64,000 nucleotides of DNA from Sulfitobacter sp. (GTDB lineage Bacteria; Bdellovibrionota; Bacteriovoracia; Bacteriovoracales; Bacteriovoracaceae): the NCBI GenBank assembly GCA_047630275.1, contig JBLHVN010000002.1, positions 135,108 through 199,107 on the forward strand. The letters run 5' to 3'. Numbering within the stretch: the first letter of the stretch is position 1; each line of letters begins with the position of its first letter. Positions 47,627 to 55,782 of the stretch are shown in pieces. The notes under the pieces were generated by a model that saw nothing but the letters and a program-made list of their open reading frames with translations, did no database searches and was not told where the DNA came from. The translations under genes were made by a program, and so were the position numbers.

Positions 47627-48775
47627 TTAATCAAGATCTATTGGCTCACTGACGCCTTTCCATTCAGTCCAGACATAGGGCTTGATCCTCGCTCCAGGTA
47701 ATCCATCTTTTCCCATTTTCCCAACTGATCCTTTTTCACCATGGCTTCCGGCCCTTCCTCCGGAACCACTTAACCCTGATGCTCCAGTGCTTCTCCACAG
47801 TGAACCGTCTCCACCACGTCCACCGCCGCCGCCAGCTCCTCTTACTCCAGGAACTCCGCCAGCTCCGGCCGTTGCTCCAACGCCCCCTCTTCCACCATAG
47901 TTTTCAATCTTAAAATCAATCTTCTTTAGCTTGTTTTTCTTTAACCACTTCTCTGGTTTATAGATGATATAGACGCCACCGCCGTTTCCACCATCACCGC
48001 CATCTCCGCCGTCACCGCCATTTCCACCGTGACCAGCATTTCCGCCAGCTCCGCCATGACCGCCGCGAGAAGCGCCATAGCCATATTTACCCGCGCCACC
48101 AGAGCCCCCATTTCCACCGCGGCCACCATCTCCACCAGCACCACCGTCTCCACCGGGTCCACCGACTTGACCATTTTCTCCATGAGAATAGATTTCAATT
48201 GAATTCACTTTCTTTACTTCTTTAAAACTAAGTAAGACGCTAAATCCGTTAGATCCATTCAATCCAAGGGCCCCTTTTTTTCCATCAACACCTCTTGATC
48301 CATGACCACCAGCCTTGCCATTTTGCCCCCCATGAGAGCCCCAGCACTTTGGAGGTTTTGGAAACTTAAACTCACAATGAGCGCTTCTCCCCCCAGCGCC
48401 TCCGCTACCATTGCTGCCATTTGAGGCTTTTGCTAGTTTGGCTAAGCTGGTTGGAACACCATGGATTCTTTTATTGCGAGATTCAATTAAAACATCTCCG
48501 GTTAGAAGAATTGTTTCAATATAGCTGTCACCCTTTATGATGAGCTTACTTCCCTCTAGAAATTCAATGCTCTGACACTTGATCTCCATGAGTTCATTTT
48601 CTTTTAATTTTTCTTTAGGAGTTATGCTCACTTCGTTTTCAATAACGAGAGATTCGCATTTAAAGTCTTTGCTGATGAAAACTTCTTCATCATTTAATCT
48701 AAGTCTTCCCGCAAAGGCCGTGCTTAAGCTCATCAAGATTGCTGCAGACAAGGCAGCTGTCTTTAAATAATTCAT
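47627..48775 (-). CDS. Secreted collagen-like / GGX-repeat protein (paralog B)
   Basis: AAAGGA RBS before the ATG at 48775 (MNYLKTAALSAAILMSLSTAFA). It has the same layout as paralog A: an N-terminal Cys-containing beta-rich domain, G-X-Y runs (GSRGVDGKKGALGLNGSNG; GSHGEKGSVGKMGKDGLPGAR) and GGX tracts. Confidence 0.7.
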   Translation of the reverse strand: MNYLKTAALSAAILMSLSTAFAGRLRLNDEEVFISKDFKCESLVIENEVSITPKEKLKENELMEIKCQSIEFLEGSKLIIKGDSYIETILLTGDVLIESRNKRIHGVPTSLAKLAKASNGSNGSGGAGGRSAHCEFKFPKPPKCWGSHGGQNGKAGGHGSRGVDGKKGALGLNGSNGFSVLLSFKEVKKVNSIEIYSHGENGQVGGPGGDGGAGGDGGRGGNGGSGGAGKYGYGASRGGHGGAGGNAGHGGNGGDGGDGGDGGNGGGVYIIYKPEKWLKKNKLKKIDFKIENYGGRGGVGATAGAGGVPGVRGAGGGGGRGGDGSLWRSTGASGLSGSGGRAGSHGEKGSVGKMGKDGLPGARIKPYVWTEWKGVSEPIDLD

Positions 48776-49064
48776 CTTATTTCCTTTGTTCAATCTCTTC
48801 ATTTTTAATGTGGGTGGAACTTAGAAAAGATTTGATGGGATTAAAAAAAGAAAACGAATTTCATGGTTTTTCTTATTCAGTTGATTATTCTTAGGGGGCC
48901 TAATCAATTATCTAATTGAATTCACGTTTAAGATTAACCAGATGATTAACAAAATAGACCAGTCAGTATTCAATGATCAGCTGTAGAGGTATTAGTCATC
49001 TCAAAGGCCATAAGTGCCTGTTTTTAAGATCAATTAATGGCCTAATTCCTGCAATATTAAAGGC

Positions 49065-50282
49065 ATGTCTTTTATAAAACGCTCATTCATCTTGATGTTG
49101 ATCGCTCTTGTGAGTCTTTCCACTCTTATAGCTAAAGAGGTGGTCCTGTATGAAAACGCTAAGCAGGTTCCTGATTATGAAGCGCGCTTAAAGTCTATTG
49201 CCCCTGGGGATGAATTGATCTTCAGCGATAATCAAAGGCTCACCATCGTCAAAAAGCTCGGCCAAGGGGGAAGCTCTCAGATCTTTGAGACCTCCACAGG
49301 AAAAGCAGTTCGGCTCACCAATTACTATAGAACTGGATCTTATTTTAATGGTTATTTAAGCGCGGCCTTAAAGCTTCAAAAATCAGATTTTCTCCTTTTA
49401 CCTGAACTCTTTGACCGCCAAAGTAATATCAAAGAATACCTCTTAGTTGAAAAGGTCGACGTTTTGTTCACAATGGAAGACTTTCTCAAAGGGAATTACC
49501 AATCAGACCTATCAAAGACTCAGCTTGAATCTAAGATCTTTGACTTTGCTGAAACCACAGCACAACTTGATACTATCAGGGATTTTAAACCGGCCAATAT
49601 TGTTTGGGACGGTGATCAGTGGCGCCTCTTAGATTTTGACGATGGTCCTATCTTTGCTTCAGGCCCTAATGATAGTACGGTTTTTGACTACGCCCCTAAG
49701 CAGGGTAAGTATATGCGAGAGCTTCCTGAGGATATGATCGCAAGAATAAATGAGCGCATCAAAGAAGTTAGGGCCAGTGCGGGATTTACCTTCATTCAAA
49801 ATACAAGAGAGGCCTTAGAGTCAAAAAAAGAAGCTCTCAAAGAAACCTCACGCCTTAAAAAGAAGGCCAAAGAGCTGCCTACTTCAGTCCTTGTTGATGA
49901 TGATATAGATTCCTTTTTAAAACACGCCAAGAAAATGAGTGTGCCTCAAAGAATGGAAATGTATAAGAACTGGAGCGAGAGGCTCTTGCATCACGCCTAT
50001 AAAGATCCTTCGATCCTAAAGCATATTCAAATCTATAATGCTATTAATATGAATCATCTTGGAAATCCATATGTCCTCGTTCACGACGCTCTATCGCAAC
50101 AGAATAAGAACCTACAAGATATAATCTACTATATGAAGGCCTATGGATTAAAGAATTCTTCGAAGATCTTTGAAGACGAATTACTCGGTCCTATCCGCCA
50201 GTATGAATCTCTTCATGGAAAAGTACGACAGCCCCTTACCAAAAGAAGCTGCCGTACACTCCTGCGTGGCCTTTTTCTTTAG
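49065..50282 (+). CDS. Secreted protein-kinase-like protein
   Basis: Signal peptide MSFIKRSFILMLIALVSLSTLIA. Gly-loop LGQGGSSQIFE, catalytic loop RDFKPANIVW (D-x-K-x-x-N) and LLDFDDG (DFG-like). The C-terminal half is helical. Confidence 0.55.
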   Translation: MSFIKRSFILMLIALVSLSTLIAKEVVLYENAKQVPDYEARLKSIAPGDELIFSDNQRLTIVKKLGQGGSSQIFETSTGKAVRLTNYYRTGSYFNGYLSAALKLQKSDFLLLPELFDRQSNIKEYLLVEKVDVLFTMEDFLKGNYQSDLSKTQLESKIFDFAETTAQLDTIRDFKPANIVWDGDQWRLLDFDDGPIFASGPNDSTVFDYAPKQGKYMRELPEDMIARINERIKEVRASAGFTFIQNTREALESKKEALKETSRLKKKAKELPTSVLVDDDIDSFLKHAKKMSVPQRMEMYKNWSERLLHHAYKDPSILKHIQIYNAINMNHLGNPYVLVHDALSQQNKNLQDIIYYMKAYGLKNSSKIFEDELLGPIRQYESLHGKVRQPLTKRSCRTLLRGLFL

Positions 50283-50283
50283 A

Positions 50284-50469
50284 TCATGCACCTTCTCCTC
50301 CGATGTCGGTCCAGTAGGCCTCTAAGCGATCTTTAATTATAAGCTCGTTCCAATCTATGGTTTCATTGGTTTCGTACTTACGCTCTAAGTTCTTCGCGAA
50401 CCGATTCATCCTCTCGTCTTCTTGATAAATGGAGAGAACGTCTTCAAATTTAACGGGCTTCTTTTGCAT
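50284..50469 (-). CDS. Small hypothetical protein
   Basis: 61 aa with a strong AAGGAGG RBS 7 nt upstream. Confidence 0.5.
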   Translation of the reverse strand: MQKKPVKFEDVLSIYQEDERMNRFAKNLERKYETNETIDWNELIIKDRLEAYWTDIGGEGA

Positions 50470-50482
50470 TTCTACCTCCTCC

Positions 50483-50806
50483 TTAGATTGAGTTGCTTCC
50501 TTGAACTATGCTTTCATTTTCCTCGTAAAGATCTCTATAAGAGTCTTCACTATTGGGCAGCCCCTGATTCATCGATGAATCAAAGAATCCGCAAAACCGA
50601 GATTCCTCAGTTTTAAATAATGGTGTGTAGGAATCCACATATTTGTCTGGGCAAAGGCGTGCGTCTGTTAATGAATCTCCTTCAAGATACCTTTCAAAAA
50701 AACCGGGGTATTCTAAAGATAATGGACTAGACCCTTCAGCCACTGAGATTGGGATAAGTAAGGCTAAAAAAACTAGTATCATTAACTCAAGAATATTCTT
50801 TTCCAT
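50483..50806 (-). CDS. Small secreted protein
   Basis: AAGGAGG RBS and a signal peptide. Confidence 0.55.
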   Translation of the reverse strand: MEKNILELMILVFLALLIPISVAEGSSPLSLEYPGFFERYLEGDSLTDARLCPDKYVDSYTPLFKTEESRFCGFFDSSMNQGLPNSEDSYRDLYEENESIVQGSNSI

Positions 50807-50999
50807 AAAAACCTCCTTGCTAACTAATTAATTTTTAAATACTTACACGCTTTTTTTTAAATAAAGCTTCCTCCTAAATTAAAAATAATATCAATTCCAT
50901 GGCCGTCAAGGCTGTGCCTTTAAAAAAGTCTCAAGATTTCTTGATAAAAGCCTGAGGGAAAGCAAAGGATATAGTTCGATAATGAGACTGGGGGAAAAG

Positions 51000-51368
51000 A
51001 TGAACGTACTCATTGTAGATAAAGAAAATCAGATTGCTGAAGCTCTAAAAGAGATGATCCTCCTAACTGAAGGTTATGAAAACGTAGAGATCACTCATAC
51101 ATTTGAGAGCGCTCTCGGGCTGCTTAAGACAGCTCATTTTGACTTAATCATCACAGAGCTTTCTAAGATTGAACGTGAGGGAGAAGATTACCTCTTAGCA
51201 TTTCGTAAGCTTAACAAATCAACCCCCTTCTTTGTCTTTTCTACTTTTTTTACAAAGGAAGAAAAGGATCAGTTATTATCAGATGAGCAAACCAAAATCT
51301 TCGTAAAGCCAGACTTCAAGTTCATGATGAAGGCCGTTGAAGAACTCCCAAGTAGTTTAAATCATTGA
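51000..51368 (+). CDS. Stand-alone receiver-like domain with the phospho-acceptor Asp replaced by Glu (pseudo-receiver)
   Basis: GGGGGA RBS. NVLIVDKEN.., FDLIITELS (Glu at the D57-equivalent position), VFSTF, FVKP. Confidence 0.65.
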   Translation: MNVLIVDKENQIAEALKEMILLTEGYENVEITHTFESALGLLKTAHFDLIITELSKIEREGEDYLLAFRKLNKSTPFFVFSTFFTKEEKDQLLSDEQTKIFVKPDFKFMMKAVEELPSSLNH

Positions 51369-51461
51369 AGTTATAAATAATTATTATCTACCTCAAGTTT
51401 TCTTGAGCTTAGCCTGAGCTTAACTGCAGCTAGCTGCCCGAAAATAAGGAAAGAGGTAAAC

Positions 51462-51833
51462 ATGAAAGTACTTATAGTTGATGATGAAGTTGAAATTGTC
51501 TCCCTATTAAAAGAATTCGTTCTTGAAATCTTTGATGAAGTTGAAGTGGCCTACGACGGTATTGAGGCCATGGAAGCCTTTCGAAGCCAAAAGTTTGATC
51601 TTATCATCTCTGATCTTAATATGAAGAACTCTGATGGAATTGAATTTCTCTCAGAAGTGCGAAAACTCGACTTACATATTCCTTTTTACATCCTCACTTC
51701 CTTTGTTGGCATTGAAGATGAGTCCATCCTAGAGAACTTAAACGTGACAGAGGTCTTTACCAAACCTAGGTTTGATCCCTTGCTTGAGGCCATCAAAAAG
51801 CATCATCCAGAAAATCAGACTGCTTTAGCTTAG
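51462..51833 (+). CDS. CheY-like single-domain response regulator (canonical)
   Basis: KVLIVDDEVE, FDLIISDLNM, ILTSF and FTKP are all present. Confidence 0.85.
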   Translation: MKVLIVDDEVEIVSLLKEFVLEIFDEVEVAYDGIEAMEAFRSQKFDLIISDLNMKNSDGIEFLSEVRKLDLHIPFYILTSFVGIEDESILENLNVTEVFTKPRFDPLLEAIKKHHPENQTALA

Positions 51834-51873
51834 ATCCCCTTTAGGCCGATTCAAATTCTACCGATGAGAACTT

Positions 51874-52401
51874 ATGAAAAGCGCTCTAATCCTATGCCTA
51901 TTCATCTGCTTTACTGCCGGCGCTGAAAACTACAAGCGCAAGCTCTACCCCCACTGGGTAGACGAAGATGACGACTGCCAAAACTCCCGCATGGAAACCC
52001 TGATTAAAGAAAACACAGGGGAATTAAAGTTTAAGAAAAACAAGGGCTGCTCCGTCACTTGGGGAAGATGGTATGACCCTTACTCAGGTAAGACTTTTAC
52101 AAAGGCCTCAGACCTCGACATTGATCATATAGTTCCCTTAAAGCATGCTCATCAAACTGGCGCTGATTCTTGGAGCCGTAAAAAGAGACGCGCCTTTGCC
52201 AATGATCCTATGAATCTAATTCCCGTTTCAAAAAGCTTGAACCGCCAAAAAGGCGCTAAAAATCCTACCCGCTGGATGCCTCCCAACAAGAGTTTTCATT
52301 GTGAGTACGTCACCAGATGGAAGGCGGTTAAGAAGAAGTACGGCCTTCGTAGTTCAGGGCGAGAGCTCGCCTCTGTTCAGAAGAATTGTCCTCAAAAGTA
52401 A
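51874..52401 (+). CDS. Secreted HNH/DUF1524-type nuclease
   Basis: Has a signal peptide. DLDIDHIVPLKHAH..NLIPVSKSLNRQKGAKNP (His-Me finger pattern). Confidence 0.65.
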   Translation: MKSALILCLFICFTAGAENYKRKLYPHWVDEDDDCQNSRMETLIKENTGELKFKKNKGCSVTWGRWYDPYSGKTFTKASDLDIDHIVPLKHAHQTGADSWSRKKRRAFANDPMNLIPVSKSLNRQKGAKNPTRWMPPNKSFHCEYVTRWKAVKKKYGLRSSGRELASVQKNCPQK

Positions 52402-52430
52402 CCAGGTACCACCTATTGAAACCAGGTAGC
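52395..52430 (+). repeat. REP-like element (full copy plus partial direct repeat) filling a 28-nt convergent gap
   Basis: aaagtaaccaggtacc overlaps the TAA stop at 52399-52401. A second copy, aaccaggtagc (52420-52430), runs into the TAG stop of the minus-strand gene. Confidence 0.65.
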
Positions 52431-54085
52431 TACTTTATAAGGACCCTTAATTTATTCAAGAACTCCTCTTTATCTTTTCCTTTGATAAAAAAGCTTCTCT
52501 TAGATCCATTAGGGGAAATTTCAAGCTCTATCTCTCGCCCAAGAGACATGCTTCCAAAAGTCATCATTTTATCTATCAAGACAAAGTTACAACGGGAGTT
52601 TCCTTCACCGTAAATATTATTGAGAATTCCAGAAGACTTTCTTCCTTCTCTTAATTTCTCATTCCCTTTAAGCTTATTATTTAAAGTCGCTAAGATTGAA
52701 ACCGTATCGCATAGACCTACAAAATCTGAATCGTCTAGGTGACCAACGCAAGGAGTGCCGGACTCAGAAGGACCATTTCCATATTCAGAACTTAGGCCTT
52801 TATCAAAGAGCCCCTCTTCTTCAAGAAGGAAAAGTTTATCATTGACGCTCATACCATCTTTGCAAATAACATTAGGGTCTGCTCCAACTGACAAAAGGAT
52901 CTTTACATTTTCTTGAGCTATCTTAGAGGCCATCTTTTTCATGGACTCTTGCTGCCTTTTTATCACCTCCGGAGAAGAGGGTGCAAAATGATAAGAAGTA
53001 TCTTCAGTAAATTCTCTTGCTGTTAAATATTCTTCAGAAGCATCTGCGCCGTCTCCACTAAAAACAGTTGTTCCCGGAAAACCACCACCCATTCCACCGC
53101 CCATTCCACCGCCAAAACCAGAACCAGGAAAGCTTCCCCCTTCAAGGATCGCATTATCAAATTCTCTCATGGACTCTTCTGCTTGCCTCTGTCCCATTTC
53201 AGTATAGTAGAAACTCGGAGCTAGGGTTTGGCATAGTATATTTTCATTAGCAAAACCCGCCTTATGATCAAAATCAACGTGCTCAGCAATCAACTCTAAA
53301 AGCCCCGGAGTAGGATCTCCTGCCCAAGGATTATTCCTCGTCATAAGTTCGTTATTAAGAAGCATGTTTAAAAAGTCTTGGTCGACTTCTCCTTTAAGAA
53401 TCTCTTGAATAAAGTCACGCTTAGAATCAGCATCCTGATGAAACCTCATCATTGAATCCATGAGAATCTTTTGCTTTTGATCTCCAACAAATTGAACATC
53501 CACTTCTCTTAAGAACTCAAGATGATCATCTCCAGCTTGTTCAATTAAATCTTTAAGCTGATAGGCCGAGGACATCTCACTTGGTAGTGGAATATTTGCC
53601 TCTGAGAGAGTCCTTTCAAACTCATTAAGAGCGTCTGTAGATTTGTACTCAAAACTGAAGTCAAAACTTCCGCCTTCCATAGACATTTCTCTCTGGGCCA
53701 AACTCAGGGCCACTTGAGAGAAGACCCTATCCCTTAAATCATAATTCTCAGGGCGGTCTAGTTGATACTGACTCAAGAGGACATCAAGCCTTTCTTTAGA
53801 AGTCTCCTTATCCTGTCTTTCACTGCCTCCATAAAAATTAAACCCTAAGGTCATCGCAATAGTAGAGACTGTATCTTCGTTATCTTGGATATTTCCAGAT
53901 TCATCAAACATAGTGTTCTGATTCATAAACCCGCCACCATACACTCCCCCCCCATACATTCCAGGGGAGCTTCCGGCGAAACCGCCACCAGAGGAGGTGC
54001 ACTCGACACAAAATTCATCATTCGCCGTTAGGTTAGAGAACCCAAGCAGCATAAAGAGAATGGATAAGGTTAAGGAAAATCTCAC
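52430..54085 (-). CDS. Secreted Gly-rich hypothetical protein
   Basis: GTG start and a signal peptide. GGGFAGSSPGMYGGGVYGGGF and GSGFGGGMGGGMGGGFPG tracts flank an acidic helical core. Confidence 0.55.
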   Translation of the reverse strand: MRFSLTLSILFMLLGFSNLTANDEFCVECTSSGGGFAGSSPGMYGGGVYGGGFMNQNTMFDESGNIQDNEDTVSTIAMTLGFNFYGGSERQDKETSKERLDVLLSQYQLDRPENYDLRDRVFSQVALSLAQREMSMEGGSFDFSFEYKSTDALNEFERTLSEANIPLPSEMSSAYQLKDLIEQAGDDHLEFLREVDVQFVGDQKQKILMDSMMRFHQDADSKRDFIQEILKGEVDQDFLNMLLNNELMTRNNPWAGDPTPGLLELIAEHVDFDHKAGFANENILCQTLAPSFYYTEMGQRQAEESMREFDNAILEGGSFPGSGFGGGMGGGMGGGFPGTTVFSGDGADASEEYLTAREFTEDTSYHFAPSSPEVIKRQQESMKKMASKIAQENVKILLSVGADPNVICKDGMSVNDKLFLLEEEGLFDKGLSSEYGNGPSESGTPCVGHLDDSDFVGLCDTVSILATLNNKLKGNEKLREGRKSSGILNNIYGEGNSRCNFVLIDKMMTFGSMSLGREIELEISPNGSKRSFFIKGKDKEEFLNKLRVLIK

Positions 54086-54182
54086 CTAAACTCATCGGTT
54101 TTTTTGGCTTTTTTTAAAGGCTTAAAAGGCCCTTTAAGAGCTCTGAGTGGGGGCCATAGGATTACTTTATCCAAAAAAGTAC

Positions 54183-54209
54183 TAAAGTTTTTCCGTTTTT
54201 AACCGAGTA
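54183..54209 (+). promoter_or_regulatory. Possible sigma-28-like promoter
   Basis: cTAAAGTTT is a perfect -35 match, followed by aCCGAGTA at the correct spacing. The -10 has 2 mismatches to CCGATAA. It lies 63 nt upstream of the 54272 start. Confidence 0.3.
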
Positions 54210-54271
54210 GATAGGTCGGAGGCATTCTCCCAAAAACCAAGGACATACGACTGAATCTTCATGAATTCCTA

Positions 54272-55516
54272 ATGGATACATTCTACTTTCTTATAGCGAC
54301 TCTGGCCCTTGTGCCCCTGTTTAAGCGCTTAGAATTAGGATCTATGCTTGGCTATATTGTGGCAGGAATTCTAATAGGGCCTATGTGCTTAGGACTGATT
54401 GATAGTTCAAAAAGCATTGTTCAGCTCGCCGAGCTTGGTATCACCCTACTTCTTTTTATTGTGGGTCTTGAATTAAGCCCCGCTAGATTAAAGCAACTGC
54501 GAAAAAATATTATCTTAGAGGGTGGCCTTCAGGTGACCTTGACCACGCTGGTGTTCTTTTTTATTGGAACGACTTTAGGATTAAGCTATCAAGCCGCCTT
54601 TTTGATCGGCGCCGCTTTATCACTTTCATCAACGGCCTTTGCTCTGTCGCATATGACAGAGACTTCTCAGTTAACTCTAAGCCACGGGCAAACATCACTG
54701 AGTGTTCTTTTATTTCAAGATCTTCTCATCGTTCCCCTCATGGCGGTTGTTCCCTTACTCGCGACTGATCCAAGTTCTCAGCAGGCCATGAGCCTCTCAA
54801 GTGTGGCCTTTAAATTTGGGCTCTTTTGCAGCCTCATTCTTCTTTGCTTCTTTGTTTTAAAGCCGGCCATTTCCTTTATTAAGAAAACACAAGATCCTGA
54901 GATCTCTCTCGCCGCCTTTTTATTCTTAATGATTGGTATGGCCATTGGAATGGAGAAGATTGGTCTCTCTATGCCTATGGGCTCATTTATAACGGGAGCC
55001 TTCCTCGCTAACACTGAGATTAAAACAAGCATCAAAAGCTTAACTCTCCCCTTCAAAGGAATTCTCATGGGTCTGTTTTTCATGACCTTAGGGATTAATT
55101 TTGATTTTAATTTTATAAGCGAGAACCTACAGCAAGTGGCGCTTTTATCAATTGGAATCATCTTAACAAAATCGATCATCCTCATCGGTATCGGGCGAGT
55201 TAGAAATGGAAACTTTAAGACCGGCATCAAGGTAAGTCTTTTGATTTCTCAGGCTGGTGAATTTGGAGTTGTCTTAATGGGAAGCGCTCTTCATTTTAAT
55301 ATAATTGATACCCCTGTTAATAAACTTGTTTCAACGAGTATTCTTGTCACCATGATCGCGGCGCCCTTTCTGGTTAAGATGACTAGCTTGATTAGAAACT
55401 CTGTAAAAACTGAAGAGGTTGTTCCTGAAGAGACTCCTGAGGTTGAAGAAACTCCTAATACATCTAATGTTGTTCCGCTAAAACTTAAACCTGTCGATAA
55501 GAAGAAAGCTGCTTAG
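54272..55516 (+). CDS. Cation:proton antiporter (CPA2/Kef-type membrane domain, no KTN domain)
   Basis: About 12 TM segments. GYIVAGILIGP..LGITLLLFIVGLELS is typical of the Na_H_Exchanger family. Confidence 0.8.
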   Translation: MDTFYFLIATLALVPLFKRLELGSMLGYIVAGILIGPMCLGLIDSSKSIVQLAELGITLLLFIVGLELSPARLKQLRKNIILEGGLQVTLTTLVFFFIGTTLGLSYQAAFLIGAALSLSSTAFALSHMTETSQLTLSHGQTSLSVLLFQDLLIVPLMAVVPLLATDPSSQQAMSLSSVAFKFGLFCSLILLCFFVLKPAISFIKKTQDPEISLAAFLFLMIGMAIGMEKIGLSMPMGSFITGAFLANTEIKTSIKSLTLPFKGILMGLFFMTLGINFDFNFISENLQQVALLSIGIILTKSIILIGIGRVRNGNFKTGIKVSLLISQAGEFGVVLMGSALHFNIIDTPVNKLVSTSILVTMIAAPFLVKMTSLIRNSVKTEEVVPEETPEVEETPNTSNVVPLKLKPVDKKKAA

Positions 55517-55566
55517 GTACCTGCTTAGGTACCTGGTCACTTGCTAAAATGAAATGGTACCTATTC
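55511..55566 (-). repeat. REP-like element with a 12-nt tandem duplication and an extra GGTACC site
   Basis: gcttaggtacct occurs twice in tandem (55511-55534, including the antiporter TAG stop). It is followed by ggtacctggtcacttgc (55528-55544) and ggtacctatt (55557-55566). Confidence 0.65.
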
Positions 55567-55782
55567 CTAGCCTCTTTTATATAACCTCTAGTTAAAATCT
55601 AAAGTCCTAAGTTTTATCATCCCTCTCCTTCCTCTCTCTAAACTACCTAAATCATTGCTTTACACGCAGTTAAAGAAAACTTCTTCAAAACATGTTTTGA
55701 TAAAGAAAAAAGATTTCTGCTGCCCTATAACTTGGTCATCGAAACAAAGGGCACTAATGCTCACTAACTTTTTGGAGTTTAT

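Noticed and set aside
46501-48198. The track lists many 60-86-aa ORFs on both strands inside the Gly-rich genes (46501, 46768, 46786, 46901, 46917, 47682, 47941).
   Set aside because: They are low-complexity shadows (poly-Pro, His/Arg or Met/Val/Ala runs) created by GGN-codon repeats. They have no RBS and are fully nested in long ORFs that do have an RBS and a signal peptide.
54778-55230. 150-aa antisense ORF within the antiporter gene.
   Set aside because: Its hydrophobic mirror composition is typical of antisense reading of a membrane-protein gene, and it has no RBS.
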